In this document: piece by piece, positions 52,001 to 64,000 of the stretch | How positions within the stretch are numbered: the stretch's first letter is position 1 | Layout: every line of letters begins with the position of its first letter | Origin: Octopus sinensis | Taxonomy: Eukaryota | NCBI RefSeq assembly: GCF_006345805.1 | Contig: NW_021836299.1 | Location: 1-64,000 of the forward strand | DNA: 64,000 nucleotides | Direction of reading: 5' to 3' | The notes under the pieces: generated by a model | Told to the model about the DNA's origin: nothing | What the model saw: the letters and a program-made list of their open reading frames with translations, nothing else | Databases searched by the model: none | Program-made: the position numbers and the translations under genes

Positions 52001-55000
52001 ATGCATGGAACAACACGATCATCCCCGACCTCAAACACCATGTACAAAGGAACTACGAAGAAATTAAATGCCACCGATACTATTCAACCCAAGAATAACA
52101 ATCGAGCGGTACGTACATTAAACCTACAACAAAAAATGTACGAAAAACTACACGTGCGAAATAATGTGACAACAGAAATAAACGGACCGGTACCCTACGA
52201 AAATGACGACCGTCAAAATAATGGGCCGGACGTTGTACCTCATGTCCCGCAATTAAAACCCAAAAGACGTAAATGGACACGTGAGGAATACATTTCTATC
52301 TTACACGCATACTTCACAGCAATGCTCTACCCACAAAATGAAAATACAACAACACATACATATAAAATATGGAAGGAAAATAATAGAGATATAGACTTGG
52401 ATACAGCAATGAACCTAATAAATTAGCTAACGTACGAAGATACATTCTCAAAGCCAAAAAAATATCAGAAATAGAAATAGAACATTTAAAAGAAAAAATA
52501 CACCAGGAAAATGTAGATAGAAGCCACACAACAATGCCCAATAATATAAACACTGAAACTGTAAAACACGAAGACAAACGCAACATTCCCAACAAACACG
52601 ATATAAACAACGAAGGGGAGCCTAATGATTATGATAATATAAAAAATAAAATAATCAAAGAACTAAAAACCACAGAGCTCAAAATGGACCACCGACCATA
52701 CCTCCCAAGAATAAAAATAAACGCAATAACAACACCAATTATAAACAACATAAACCTAGCCGTCACTGAACTAGCCACTGAAACAAAAAAAAGTGATATC
52801 ACTGAACTAAATGACTTGATATACGTAGCAGCCACTGCAGCCACAAAAGAAGCTGGATACTGACCCAAACCCGCCCAAACAGGAGTACCACCACCCAAAC
52901 AAACCCTGTGGATAAATAACATCCAAAACAAAATCAAAAAAATTAGAAAAGACCTGTCGATTCTTAATGAAATCAGCAAACAAGCAACGCTACTGAGCAA
53001 CAAAAAGAGAACAAAAATGCTCCGCAAATATAACATCACAGAAAAAGATTTGCCGGAGATAAAAGAAAAGCTGAAGCAAGATATCCTTGCCAAAGCTCAA
53101 AGGATCCGCCGGTACGAGAAACGCCAACGCTTCTTTGAACAGAACAAAAAGTTCAACTCCGACCCCAAAAAGTTCTACCAAGAACTGGGAAAAAATAAAA
53201 TAGAAGTCACTGCAGCACCAACGGCAGAAGAATTGGAAGAATTCTGGAAAGAAATATGGTCGGCGAACGAACAGCCAAAAAAAAGGAGTATGAAATAACA
53301 AACTCGGCATCTGAACAACTTTGGACCCCCATAACAACTGAAGAGGTCACCCAGGCACTGCAAAAACTAAGCAACTGGAAGGCACCTGGGCATGACAAGA
53401 TCCCCAACTTCTGGTTGAAATATCTAACAGGAATGCACAAAAAGCTGGCTGAAAACTTTAACAGCATACTAGCAGAGCCAGAGACAATGCCTGAATGGCT
53501 AACGAAGGGGAAAACCATCTTAATTCCCAAATCAAATGAAACAACAAAACCAACAAACTACAGACCAATAACCTGCCTCCCTACTATGTTCAAGGCATTT
53601 ACTGCAGTGATATCGCAAAGGCTGAACAAGCACCTGGACGAAAACAAACTGTTCCCAGAAGAGCAGAAAGGATGCCGCAAGGGCTCATATGGCTGTAAAG
53701 ATCAACTAATGATTAATAAAGCCGTAACTGAAGACAGCCACAGAAAGAAGAAAGGCCTCAGTATGGCCTGGATTGACTACAAAAAGGCGTTTGATAGCAT
53801 CCCCCACACATGGATCCTCGAAACACTAGCCATTAACAAAGTAGCACCAACAATCATAAAATTCATAGAGCACTCTATGAATAAATGGCAAACAGTCCTA
53901 CACCTCCAAACAAAAGAGGGACTCATGAAAACCAAAGACATCCCCATTAGAAGAGGAATATTCCAGGGAGACACGCTCTCTCCACTCCTTTTCTGCTTGG
54001 CACTGTCACTTCTATCTGATATGCTAAATAGAACTGGATGCGGATATAAATGTTACGGCAAAACGATCAGCTACCTTTTATATATGGATGACCTAAAACT
54101 ATACGCTGCAAATGACAAACAGCTGGAAACACTATTAAAGACAGTTCATTGATTTACCAAAGAAATAGATATGAAATTTGGATTAGAAAAATGCGCCAAA
54201 GTAACCATGAAAAGAGGAAAACTAGTTAAGAGTAACAACATCACACTAGATAAAACCAATGAAATAAAAGAATTAGACCAAAGCCAAACTTACAAATACT
54301 TAGGAATCCATGAACTAGATAAGACACAACACACACAAATGAAAGAGAAAATAAAAAAAGAATATTATAGACGAGTTAGATCAATACTAAAAACAGAGCT
54401 CAATGCTAAAAACAAGATAATAGGTATCAACACTTTAGCTGTCCCAGTTATAAGTTACAGCTACAATATCCTTAACTGGACACGAAATGAACTGTCCAAA
54501 ATAGATAGGAAAACAAGAAAAATACTGACAGGATCTAGGATGCATCACCCAAAATCTGACATAGAAAGACTATATATACAACGTATAGAAGGTGGTAGAG
54601 GCCTTATACAGCTGGAAAACTACTATAAAATAACCACCATAGGACTGCAAAAATACCTACTTCAGAAGGAAGGAAAACTGATCCAGATAGCAGCAAAACA
54701 CGAGCAAAACAAAAAACTGTTCTCAGTATTTAAGGAAGCTGACAAATACAACAAGAAATCATACCACCTAATAAACACAAAGAAGAAGAAGAAGATGATG
54801 AAAAACAACAAAAGCTATAAAACAAATGAAATCCAAACTAAAAATAGAACAGCAACGAGCCATGATAAAACGATGGCAAGAAAAGCCCCTTCATGGTAAA
54901 TACTGGACTAAACTAAACGCAAAAGAAATAGACAAAGAAAAATCCCAGCAATGGTTGAGAAGCTCAGGACTCAAAGCAGAAACAGAGGGATTTTTAATTG

Positions 55001-55641
55001 CAGCACAAGACCAAAGCCTCCCCACCAGAAATTACCAAAAACATGTAATGAAAAGAAATATTACAAGTAACTGCAGAATATGTGGAGATGGACAAGAAAC
55101 AATAAATCATATTATCTCTAGCTGCCCAGTCCTGGCTAAGAAGGAATATATTCACAGACATGACAGAGTTGGAACCTACATACATTGGAAGCTATGCCAA
55201 CATTATGGAATAACAACAGAAAAAAGATGGTATAGGCACACACCAGAAAAGGTCACAGAAAACGAGAAAGCAACCATACTCTGGGATATGCCGATACACA
55301 CAGATAGAGAAATTAAGGCCAACAGACCAGATATAGTTGTCAGAGATCATGAAGAAAAAAAATGCTTTCTAATTGATGTATCAATACCGGCAGATGACAA
55401 CGTGTCTCTAAAAGAAATGGAGAAACTCTCAAAATACAAAGACCTGGAAATAGAGGTAACTAGAATGTGGAACCTGAAAACAGAAACAATTCCTATCATA
55501 GTAGGTGCATTAGGCATGATAAAAAAATATTCAGACAAATACATAACAAAAACACCAGGACTTACAAACACATATAACATACAGAAAATTGCACTACTAG
55601 GCACTGCACACATCCTACGCAGAACACTTTCCATACAATAA
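52001..55641 (+). pseudogene. R4/Dong ORF interrupted by about 3 frameshifts (near 52420, 53270, 54800) and 2 in-frame TGA (52861, 54150)
   Basis: Track ORFs 52001-52426, 52534-52863, 53017-53298, 53256-54152, 54171-54899 and 54826-55641 tile one protein. Some breaks lie in A runs and could be sequencing errors. Confidence 0.85.
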
Positions 55642-55735
55642 CCATCGGAGCATCACAACAAATCACAGCACATACCCAAGGCACACAGAGCTGCGCTCGG
55701 TAGTGAAGTGAAAGCACGCTATAAAAATAAAACTA

Positions 55736-55768
<33 letters not shown>

Positions 55769-55795
55769 TGCTGCCAGTATACAATCCATGCGATT

Positions 55796-56070
55796 GAGAA
55801 TAACTTCCTTCTTCGCTTCCAGGAATCCCTATTGAGGGTTATGAGCACTGCTCTGCCTCTTGACAAACGATAGAAAAATAATATGAATGGGTACTTTTTT
55901 TCCCCATATGTATTTTTTTCCCTGTCCTGCATTCAAGCTAGGTCAGCGACCGAGAATAATTTCCTTCCTTCTTGGCATCTAAGAATCCCTGTTAAGGGTT
56001 ATGGGCTCTGCTTTTCTTCTTGATAAACGTTAGAAAAATGATAATGTAAATCGTTTTTTTCTCCCCCTTG
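55796..56070. repeat. Diverged 156-bp-period tandem duplication
   Basis: gagaataacttccttctt...gaatccctattgagggttatg...ttgacaaacgatagaaaaat at 55796 versus gagaataatttccttcc...gaatccctgttaagggttatg...ttgataaacgttagaaaaat at 55952. Confidence 0.8.
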
Positions 56071-56934
56071 AAGCCAATGGGCGAAAAATCAATGTGTTGT
56101 GGAATATGATGCAAGTGAAGGCAGAAAACTACCAGGGTCGTCCGAAAAGTTCCCAGACCGACTAACATATTCTCATGGATTGTGACCAAACGTGGGTTAT
56201 TTTTTAATATAGCCCCACTTGCGGTCCATACACTTCTTCATCGGTGATGCAGTACTTGGATCCCAGAGGTGAAGAATCTTTCAGAGAGACAGACGAGAAA
56301 TGTTTGCTTCTTCATTGTTATTCTTGTCATTGTTGTTGTCGTTCCGTCGCTTCGTCTTCATCGACCAGACACTTGATCAAAGCTATTTCAGGGATAATCA
56401 CATTGGTCACTTAATATAAGAAGGACCACACTTTCATTTGTTCTCCCTATATTTACGACTGCCTTGTTATATTTCAGTGAGATTTTGTTGCTATATCTAA
56501 GACAAGTATATATATCTAAGACTGAGTATATTGAAATTCGTTCGTTATCTTATAGACTAAGTGCAACGTCAAGAAATATTTATCTCGTATCTAGCATCAG
56601 ATGTCGGCATAGGATTGATGTTGAGGATAAAGTAGAAAGAATGATTAGAAAGTAATAAATTAACAGATGAAATGATGTGATCCATAGCACGGGAAGCTTA
56701 AGACTGATAACAAATAGCTGGGATCAATCTTGGAATCAATTGTCCAATAAAGGGAAATAACTAAATACCGACTATGTAATTTGGAATATGCTGTTCTAAC
56801 GACAGTTGTCTTATAAGTAACTCCTCGGTTCGGCAGAAGTGTCGGATAAAATAACTACTATGCTTAAAAGAAATAAATCCTGAGATCTATTTGTTCGACT
56901 AAAACCCTTCAAGACATTGGGAAAATTTTTCAAA

Positions 56935-57360
56935 CGTCTGCCGTTACGTTCTGAGTTCAAATTCCGCCGAGGTCGACTTTGCCTTTCATCCTTTCGGGGT
57001 CGATAAATTAAGTACCAGTTACGCATTGGGGTCGTTGTAATCGACTTAATCCGTTTTTCTGTCCTTGTTTGTCCCCTCTGTGTTTAGCCCCTTGTAGGTA
57101 GTAAAGAAATAGATATTTTTTCTTCTGCCTTAACGTTCTGAGTTTAAATTCCACCGAGGTCTACTCTGTCTTTCGTCCTTTCGAGGTCGATAAAATAAAT
57201 ACCAGTTGAGCACTGGGGTCGATGCAATCAAATTACACCTCCCCCTAGCAAATTTCTTGTGCCTACAGCAGAAAGGATTATTAATCATCTCGAGACGGTG
57301 AGCTAGCAGAATCTTTAGCACCCCAGGCAAAATGCTTAGCTGAATTTCACCTGTCTTTAC
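56935..57360 (+). mobile_element. Tandem partial SINE family C copies
   Basis: Two cores (56935-57105, 57130-57285) plus a head fragment; second tail cagaaaggattatt. Confidence 0.75.
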
Positions 57361-57444
57361 GTTGTGAGTTCAAATTGCCAACATTCTGAGGTCTTTTACA
57401 GAGCTTAGGAGAACTAAAGAAGCGATGCAATAAGGGTCTGTACC

Positions 57445-57745
57445 TGTTTTTTCCTTCTCGGGCCACGCCTGGCTCATAAGGGCCAGTTTCCCGCTTTCCT
57501 TGGTGTATAGGTTCCCCACCTGGACGGGACGCCGGTCCGTCGCAGGTGAGCTGCAAGATGCAGGAGAGAAGAGTGAGAAAAAGTTGTGGCGAAAGAGTCA
57601 GCAGAAGTTCGCCATTACCTTCTGCCGGAGCCGCGTTGAGCTTAGGTGTTTCACTCATAAACACACACACGGGCCAGTCTGAGATTCGAACCCGCGATCC
57701 GTCGACCGCCAGTCCGCTGCTCCAACCACTAGGCTATCTGCCACC
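57445..57745 (-). mobile_element. tRNA-Arg-like SINE relative, tail variant iv
   Basis: Head ggtggcagatagcctagtggttggagcagcggactggcgg, B box ggttcgaatctc; tail ctgcgacggaccggcgtcccgtccaggtggggaacc. Confidence 0.75.
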
Positions 57746-57754
57746 ACATCTATA

Positions 57755-58625
57755 CCTGAGAGGGAAATATATTGAATAAAATCAGTCATCCTCCTGTATT
57801 GTCTTTTACCCAAAGCCAAGAACTTTTCAGCTTTCCCTCGTATAAAATTGACTAATGTTTCCACTCAAAGTTTTTGACTCAGTAAAATTATTAATTATCC
57901 ACTTTTCCATTGGTGTATAATTGGTGAGACACAGATGAATCAAGGAGCGAGAGCTAGTCTACGAAATATGAGCATTCTGTCCATCTCATTCAGGCCATTA
58001 CCAAAAAGACCTTATATTACTTTTCTCCTTTTCTTCTTTCTTTTTTCCATTCTTCCAACTCTTCAATTCTCACTTTCGTTTTCCATTTTGTCTCCCCTTC
58101 ATTTGTTCCCTTCCACCGTTTCGTCTCTCTTCCCTTCATCCGTTTTCTGCATCCTTCCTTCCTTCATCCCTTCCTTCCTTCCGTTTTTCCCTCACCACGA
58201 TTCTGCCAGTCATCTATTCTACTTCCGATGCTGATTTTTAGTTCTGCACCCCTTCTCTTCACTGTCTTTACACTCTCCTACCCACCCTGCGCACATGACA
58301 CCCACTCCTTTGCCTCATTTCAGGCTCTTTTAAAGTTTGACGCCCATGTACATTCACATATGCAGGTGGGCGCACTCGCACAAATGTATATGGATATATG
58401 CTTACATTCATGCTTGTACGAAGGGGTGTTCAAAAGTTCGTGGCTGTAACGGTATCGCGAAACATCTGGCTGGAGACATAACCTTCCAAGTTCTTTGACA
58501 GGGCTTAGAAAAATTGATGGGCCGCTGCAATAAGTCTATGAATCTGAGAGGAGAATATTTTGAATAAAATCATAATTAACAGATTTTTCTGTATTTTCTT
58601 TTACCCAAAGCGAGGAAGGTTTCCG
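57755..58625. mobile_element. Two mariner-derived non-autonomous remnants (57755-57842, 58418-58625)
   Basis: Shared ctgagagg.gaatat.ttgaataaaatc...cttttacccaaagc; ends tacgaaggggtgttcaaaagttc and ttccctcgta, also tacgcgagggggctggaaagttc at 725-750, resemble mariner TIRs. Confidence 0.45.
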
Positions 58626-58647
58626 CACACCGTTGCATGTATATGCT

Positions 58648-58790
58648 TCTGTGGTAAAAAAAAAATTAGCTTCCTAACCATACGGTTCCAGATTTCAGTC
58701 TTCAGACATCTTCGGCAAGTCACTTCTATAGCCTCGAACCGACCAAAACATTGTGAGTGGATTTGTTAGACCAAAACCGAAAGAAGCTCA

Positions 58791-58840
<50 letters not shown>

Positions 58841-58846
58841 GTATAT

Positions 58847-58895
<49 letters not shown>

Positions 58896-59040
58896 GTATA
58901 TATATATAGGTACACACACATACAAATATATATGCGTGTATGTGAGTTTGACGACCAATGTTGTTATCTTAGCGTCCGCATAACTTAGCGGTTCAGCAAA
59001 AGACACCGCTAGTATTTATCCTATCGATCTCTTTTGCCAA
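58648..59040 (+). mobile_element. Degenerate SINE family B
   Basis: Family B middle and tail modules. Confidence 0.65.
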
Positions 59041-59625
59041 CACCGGTTGTAAGCGGTGATGACGAACAAACATATATACAAAGATACGCACACACATTTA
59101 TACATACATAGATACAAGCATACATACATACATGCACATAAACACCCGTACAAACACACACGCACAGACATATATACTATATACATACATATATAGATAT
59201 ATATTTATATGTGTCTGTGCGCGCGCATGCGCCTGTGTGTACGTAATAAACTACATAGCGTCTATATTTCGCGAAAGTAAACTAATTTGTAGAAAACTAA
59301 TTATGTGCAGTTATATTTAGTTTCACACAACAACCGCAATAAATATATTGGAATCTATGTGATGTCAAATTATTTCAAACCCTCTGACTGATATATTCAA
59401 TATTTATTGACAAACAAATGTCTATACATAACACAGCAGGGTAAATACTTATTTAGGAGTACTTTCTCCAAAATTTAATTGAAATCACATGAATGAAAGC
59501 AACTTCAACTCAAACACACAGGGAACCTCTCACACATACACACACGGCTACATACACGCACACACGCTGACGTACCAAGATGCACACAAATACACAGACA
59601 CGCACCCTGGGTTATCTGTATGTCT

Positions 59626-59693
<68 letters not shown>

Positions 59694-59934
59694 ATCAAAA
59701 TAAGCAACAAGGATATCCAGAGGTAATGCAGTACGATCGTTTCATGCGACTCCATTTATTTGAACAATGCAAATATTACATCAATTTAAAATGTAGAAAG
59801 CTCTAATTGAACTTTATGAACATTATTAAATACGTTTTAATGTTTAACACACTTCAAGATCGGAAAGAACATTTTAAATACAATAATAAAAAGTGTGAAA
59901 ACCATACCATGTTCAACTGGCATATAATTCTAGT

Positions 59935-60150
59935 CCCATTTACACAAATTCGCCGTGATAGATCGGTAGCCACTACACACAGTTTTTTCTCTCCATGTTT
60001 CTCTCCTTGTTTCTTTCTGTGTTCCTTTCTGTTGAAGAGCGTAGGCTCGAAACGTAAAATATTCTTTCTATTCCCGAGCGTTTTACTAAAACATGTTTGT
60101 TTTCTGCACCACCTGTCTTTGTCTTTTGTTTTTTCGTGAATTCTCCCTAG
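59935..60150 (+). mobile_element. Short non-autonomous relative of the 46381-47490 Penelope-like terminus
   Basis: Shares ctttctgttgaagagcgtaggctcgaaacgt and cacctgtctttgtcttttg. Confidence 0.65.
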
Positions 60151-60499
60151 ATATTATGTTGAACCAATTTGACCCAATACGATTTTGTTCATATTTATTT
60201 TTCTTACAATAGCCAGGTTTTTGTGTCAAACTATCGTATCTCCAGCTGCTTCACATGACAAGATATCAAAATTTGTCAAAGTGTAGTACAACGGTTTTGC
60301 TATAGTATGGTGAAACCATTTTTTCACTTTCTGGAAAAGCAAAGTTTTGGATCTACGACACTTTTGCATTAACAGCAACGATATATGTGCGTGTGTGTGT
60401 GTGTATGTGTGTATGTGTGTGTGTGTGCGCGTGTATATATATGTATGCATATATGTGTATATATATATTATATATATATATTATATATATTATATATAT

Positions 60500-60834
60500 A
60501 TAATTTACAATATAAGGGCAAAAGAAAAATTCTAATGCCAAATATGCCGAAAAAAGACAAAAATTGTCAATTAACCATTATAATTTATGTTTCTCGAAAC
60601 AAACCGATAGAAATTTCTAAGAAATTCGTCATTACCGTATTGGACCAATTTCGGAGTTAATTCATAAGAATTTTCTCCTCTTCAGCGGCAAATACGCGAG
60701 ATAAAATTGAAATACTTACTCATACCCATGGAAAAAGCGAACACAAATATTATAATGGTTAATTGACAATTTTTGTCTTTCTTTTAGCATATTTGGCATT
60801 AGAATTTTACTTTTGCCCTTATATTGTAAATTAT
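60500..60834. mobile_element. MITE with ~85-bp terminal inverted repeats
   Basis: Left taatttacaatataagggcaaaagaaaaattctaatgccaaatatgc...gacaaaaattgtcaattaaccattataat is near-perfectly complementary to the right end; TA-rich flanks. Confidence 0.85.
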
Positions 60835-60921
60835 TTATAAATTTAACCTTTAAAGGTATTTTTTGATATGCTGGCCATTGATGAATTTTTTTTTCCCGAA
60901 AAAATTTTATCCTACACTAGT

Positions 60922-60956
<35 letters not shown>

Positions 60957-61121
60957 TTCGTTTTGGGATTTGGTTTGCAAGATTCTTTATGTGAGTTCGT
61001 GTGTTGGCATATCTGTTGTGTCTAACACCAAAAGAGAATGACTCTCCCCAGACACAACAGTATATATGTATATATATATACATATATATATATATAATAT
61101 ATATATATATATTATATATAT

Positions 61122-61152
<31 letters not shown>

Positions 61153-61225
61153 GTATATATATATCTATAATATATATCTATATACATATTATAATATATA
61201 TCCAGCTAGCTATATATATATATAT

Positions 61226-61277
<52 letters not shown>

Positions 61278-62099
61278 TATATAGATGGATGGATGTATAT
61301 GTATATTCACAGTTTTCAGCAACCATATTCATTCACAGGGCATTCGTCAACCTAGGGCAATGGTAAGGACATTTTCACAAGGTGTAGCGCGGTGGAACTG
61401 AACCCGAAACTACCAAGTTGCAAAGCAAAATTCTGAACGACACGGCCATGCATTTAAAGACCAGAAGCAGATTTAAATAATTATACACGCTTGCATCAAA
61501 TTTCAAACAAAAGTTTGCTATCAAGATCATCAACACCCATACACATCAGCACACACACACACTAATACATGCCCACTAACACACACAAACATACACGTAC
61601 ACACACACATACACACATACACACACGTACGCACATAAACGTACACTAACAAATTGGCTTAAGGACAATATGTTGATTTGAATAGATATTGTATAAACTT
61701 TAGTTAAGCAACAAAGAATATAAATATCACATGACACATGAAAGAAATTTCCTGTTGTCTACATCAAACAAACTTTACCCAGACATACACCTTTATACAT
61801 TTCATCATCAATTATTTACATGATCCGTAATTTCCACTAAGATTATTGTCATGTTGTTGTTTAGACCATATCAGCCCTCATCTATTAGATTTATGATCAA
61901 AGCGGTTCCAGCCTTGACAAAAAGCTCTTTCTCAGGCATTGTGTCTATGATGGTTATCTTATCTGATGCATATTCTCTTTTAAAAGGTGTCGGAGAACGA
62001 TTTGCGGGAATAGCGGCTCAAATGAGGGGAAGTTGGCCAAAAAAAAGAAGCTAACTTAGTCTTTTTAGTTTTGTTTTCATATCTGACCTCACATATTGT

Positions 62100-62500
62100 C
62101 ATGGATGTTGGGTAATGATTACGAATACAAGCAGCAGGAATGGGTCACTCAAAAGGATCTACCTGGATTAACCTTATTCGACAGGGTTCATTGTTGGGAG
62201 ATCAGGAATTCGCACCACGTCAAGCCGACACTTCACCGCATTGAAACGTCACAGGTACGGTACTATATCGCACAAAAGAATCGGCAAACGGTTTCTTGAA
62301 GCAGAGCCGACAGACAGGAGACCTAGAGGCAGACCTGGAATGAGATGCTTGGATACCATCTATAATCAGTGTTAGTCACACTCATCAATCCAGCCGGTAA
62401 GCCTAATGCTCTTTACTTCTGATAGGATTCTATGGAGAAAGTAACTGAAGACTCTATCACCAAAATACTCCCAGGAATAGTGGAGGGAGATGGATAGACC
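62100..62500 (+). mobile_element. Degenerate RTE-type LINE 3' fragment
   Basis: GLTLFDRVHCWEIRN..VKPTLHRIETSQVRYY and, frameshifted, RGRPGMRCLDTI. Confidence 0.65.
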
Positions 62501-62589
62501 GTTAGCAGGTTGTGAGGATTATTCGCGACGTTCTCCTTGTCTCGGTAAAAAGGAGCTGTGTTTCACAGAAGCGGGACACTGATGGAGTA

Positions 62590-62763
62590 AAACAGTTCTA
62601 TATTTAAGAGATGAGGAATTATGTACATTATTTACATTCGACGGATATTTGTCCTCATCTTGTTTGTTGCTAACACGTTTCGGCGGATATGCCCTCCAGC
62701 CTTCTTCAGATGTCTTGGGGAAATTTCGAACCTGGGTTCTCATTCCTAAGATATTTTTCGATG

Positions 62764-62833
<70 letters not shown>

Positions 62834-62882
62834 TTTATTACTATTATTATTATTATTATTATTATTATTGTTATTATTATTA

Positions 62883-62913
<31 letters not shown>

Positions 62914-63020
62914 GTTATTGTTCAGGTCACTGCTTGGAATCGAACTCGGAATTTTGGGGTTAGAAGCCCGCGCCCTTAATCCCTAAGCCATATGCCCGTG
63001 GGCATATGGCGTAGTGGTTA
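62590..63020 (-). mobile_element. Composite: tRNA-like head (62921-62997) + (AAT)n (62766-62920) + tail with hammerhead-like core (62672-62714); head-to-head palindrome at the 5' end
   Basis: Head gggcatatggcttagggattaagggcgcgggcttctaacccc...gagttcgattcc; tail CUGAAGA A GGC..GCC GAAAC; gccatatgccc-gt-gggcatatggc. Confidence 0.55.
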
Positions 63021-63289
63021 TTGATGGAGTAAAATCTTTATATTCTTATTCTTCTCTCTACATCAGGGGACCAAAATCCCTTCAACGTTACACTGACTCT
63101 TACGTAAGAAATTCATAGGAATTTCGATTGTTCCTCTAAGCAACACTAATTGTTCCAAGTCACGTCATGAGATTCAGTATAATACAGTTAAGATATGGCA
63201 ATTCCTTGCAGTGTACAGCTCTTACGTAACGGTACATGAATAATTACACATATATATATGTGTGTGTGTGTGTATGTGTGTGTGTGTGT

Positions 63290-63535
63290 GCATGCGTATG
63301 TATGTGTGTGTCTGTCTGTCTGTCTCTCTGTCTGTTTGTGAGTCTTTGTGTCTGTGTTTGTCCCCACATCACCGCTTGACAACCGGTGTTGCTGTGTTTA
63401 CGTCTCTGTAGATGCCGATAGAATAACTACTAGGCTTTAGAAAAGAAAGAAATAGGTCCTTGGGTAGATTTGTTCGATTAAAATCCTTCAAGGCGGTACC
63501 CTAGTATGGCCGCAGTCAAATGACTGAAACAAGGA
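63290..63535 (+). mobile_element. SINE family B, 3' part
   Basis: gtgtttgtccccacatcaccgcttgacaaccggtg...cagtcaaatgactgaaac. Confidence 0.8.
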
Positions 63536-63589
63536 GAGAGAGAGAGAGAAAAGAAGAAAGAAGGAAAGAAAGAAAGAAAGATATTCATT

Positions 63590-64000
63590 TCTACTCTAGA
63601 TACAAGGCCCGAGAATTTGGATAGGAGAGAGCCAGTCGATTAAATCGACCCCAGTACGCAATTGGTACTAAATTTATCGACCTCGAAAGGATGAAAGACA
63701 TAGTCGATCTCGGCGGAATTTGAACTCAAAACGTAAAGACAGACGAAATTCTTTTCTACTCTTGGCACAACGTCTGAAATTTTGGGGGAGGAGGAGAGTC
63801 GATTATATCGACCCCAGAGCGCAACTGATACGTAATTTATCGACTCCGAAAGTATGAAAGGTAAAGTCAAACTCGCCGGAATTTGAACTCAGAACGTAAT
63901 GGTAGAAGAAAAAATACCTATTTCTTTACTACCCACAAGGGGCTAAACACAGAGGAGACAAACAAGGGCAGACAGACGGTCTAAGTCGATTACATCGACC
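63590..64000 (-). mobile_element. Tandem SINE family C copies running off the window edge
   Basis: Three successive core/tail segments, same arrangement as at 300-668. Confidence 0.8.

Larger units (their letters stand above)
51305..55738 (+). mobile_element. Near full-length R4/Dong-type non-LTR retrotransposon (single ORF: N-terminal RRKWT motif, RT, CCHC, PD-(D/E)xK endonuclease) inserted in (TAA)n
   Basis: KRRKWTREEY, WKAPGHDKIPNFWLK, NYRPITCLPT, EQKGCRKG, WIDYKKAFDSIPH, GIFQGDTLSPLLF, LYMDDLKLY, CRICGDGQETINHIISSC, RPDIVVRD..CFLIDVSIP..EKLSKYKDL. (TAA)n flanks at 51090-51304 and 55739-55768. Confidence 0.93.

Overview
AT-rich, microsatellite-dense eukaryotic genomic DNA. The SINE inventory (tRNA-Arg-like heads, (TA)n/(TG)n-containing SINEs) and the abundance of (TA)n, (TAA)n, (GATA)n and (GAT)n tracts point to an octopod cephalopod; this is inferred from repeat style, not from a search. 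No host gene could be identified with confidence. There are only a few exon-like patches (15.7 kb, 38-45 kb). The long, recognisable ORFs belong to transposons. These are: a young 5'-truncated RTE LINE (1.1-2.8 kb), a non-autonomous Helitron (6.0-6.9 kb), Penelope-like elements (7.0-9.5 kb, 46.4-47.5 kb and remnants), three different R4/Dong-type restriction-like-endonuclease LINEs all sitting in (TAA)n (11.4-13.2, 13.3-14.1 and a near full-length copy at 51.3-55.7 kb), a maT/Tc1-mariner remnant, an L1/Tx1 3' end, an RTE-like 3' remnant, a MITE and more than 25 SINE copies. Most short ORFs in the track are microsatellite artefacts. The most unusual signals are: (1) 23 tandem reiterations of the first 21-26 nt of the full-length R4/Dong element, with a fixed 5' start and variable 3' breakpoints; (2) five CRE-CCAAT modules with an invariant 12-nt spacer downstream of a Penelope ORF; (3) minimal hammerhead-ribozyme-like motifs on Penelope-related ends, including a CUGUUGA core variant and a composite with a tRNA head, (AAT)n tract and hammerhead-like tail; (4) a perfect 20-bp fold-back at the 5' junction of the RTE insertion.
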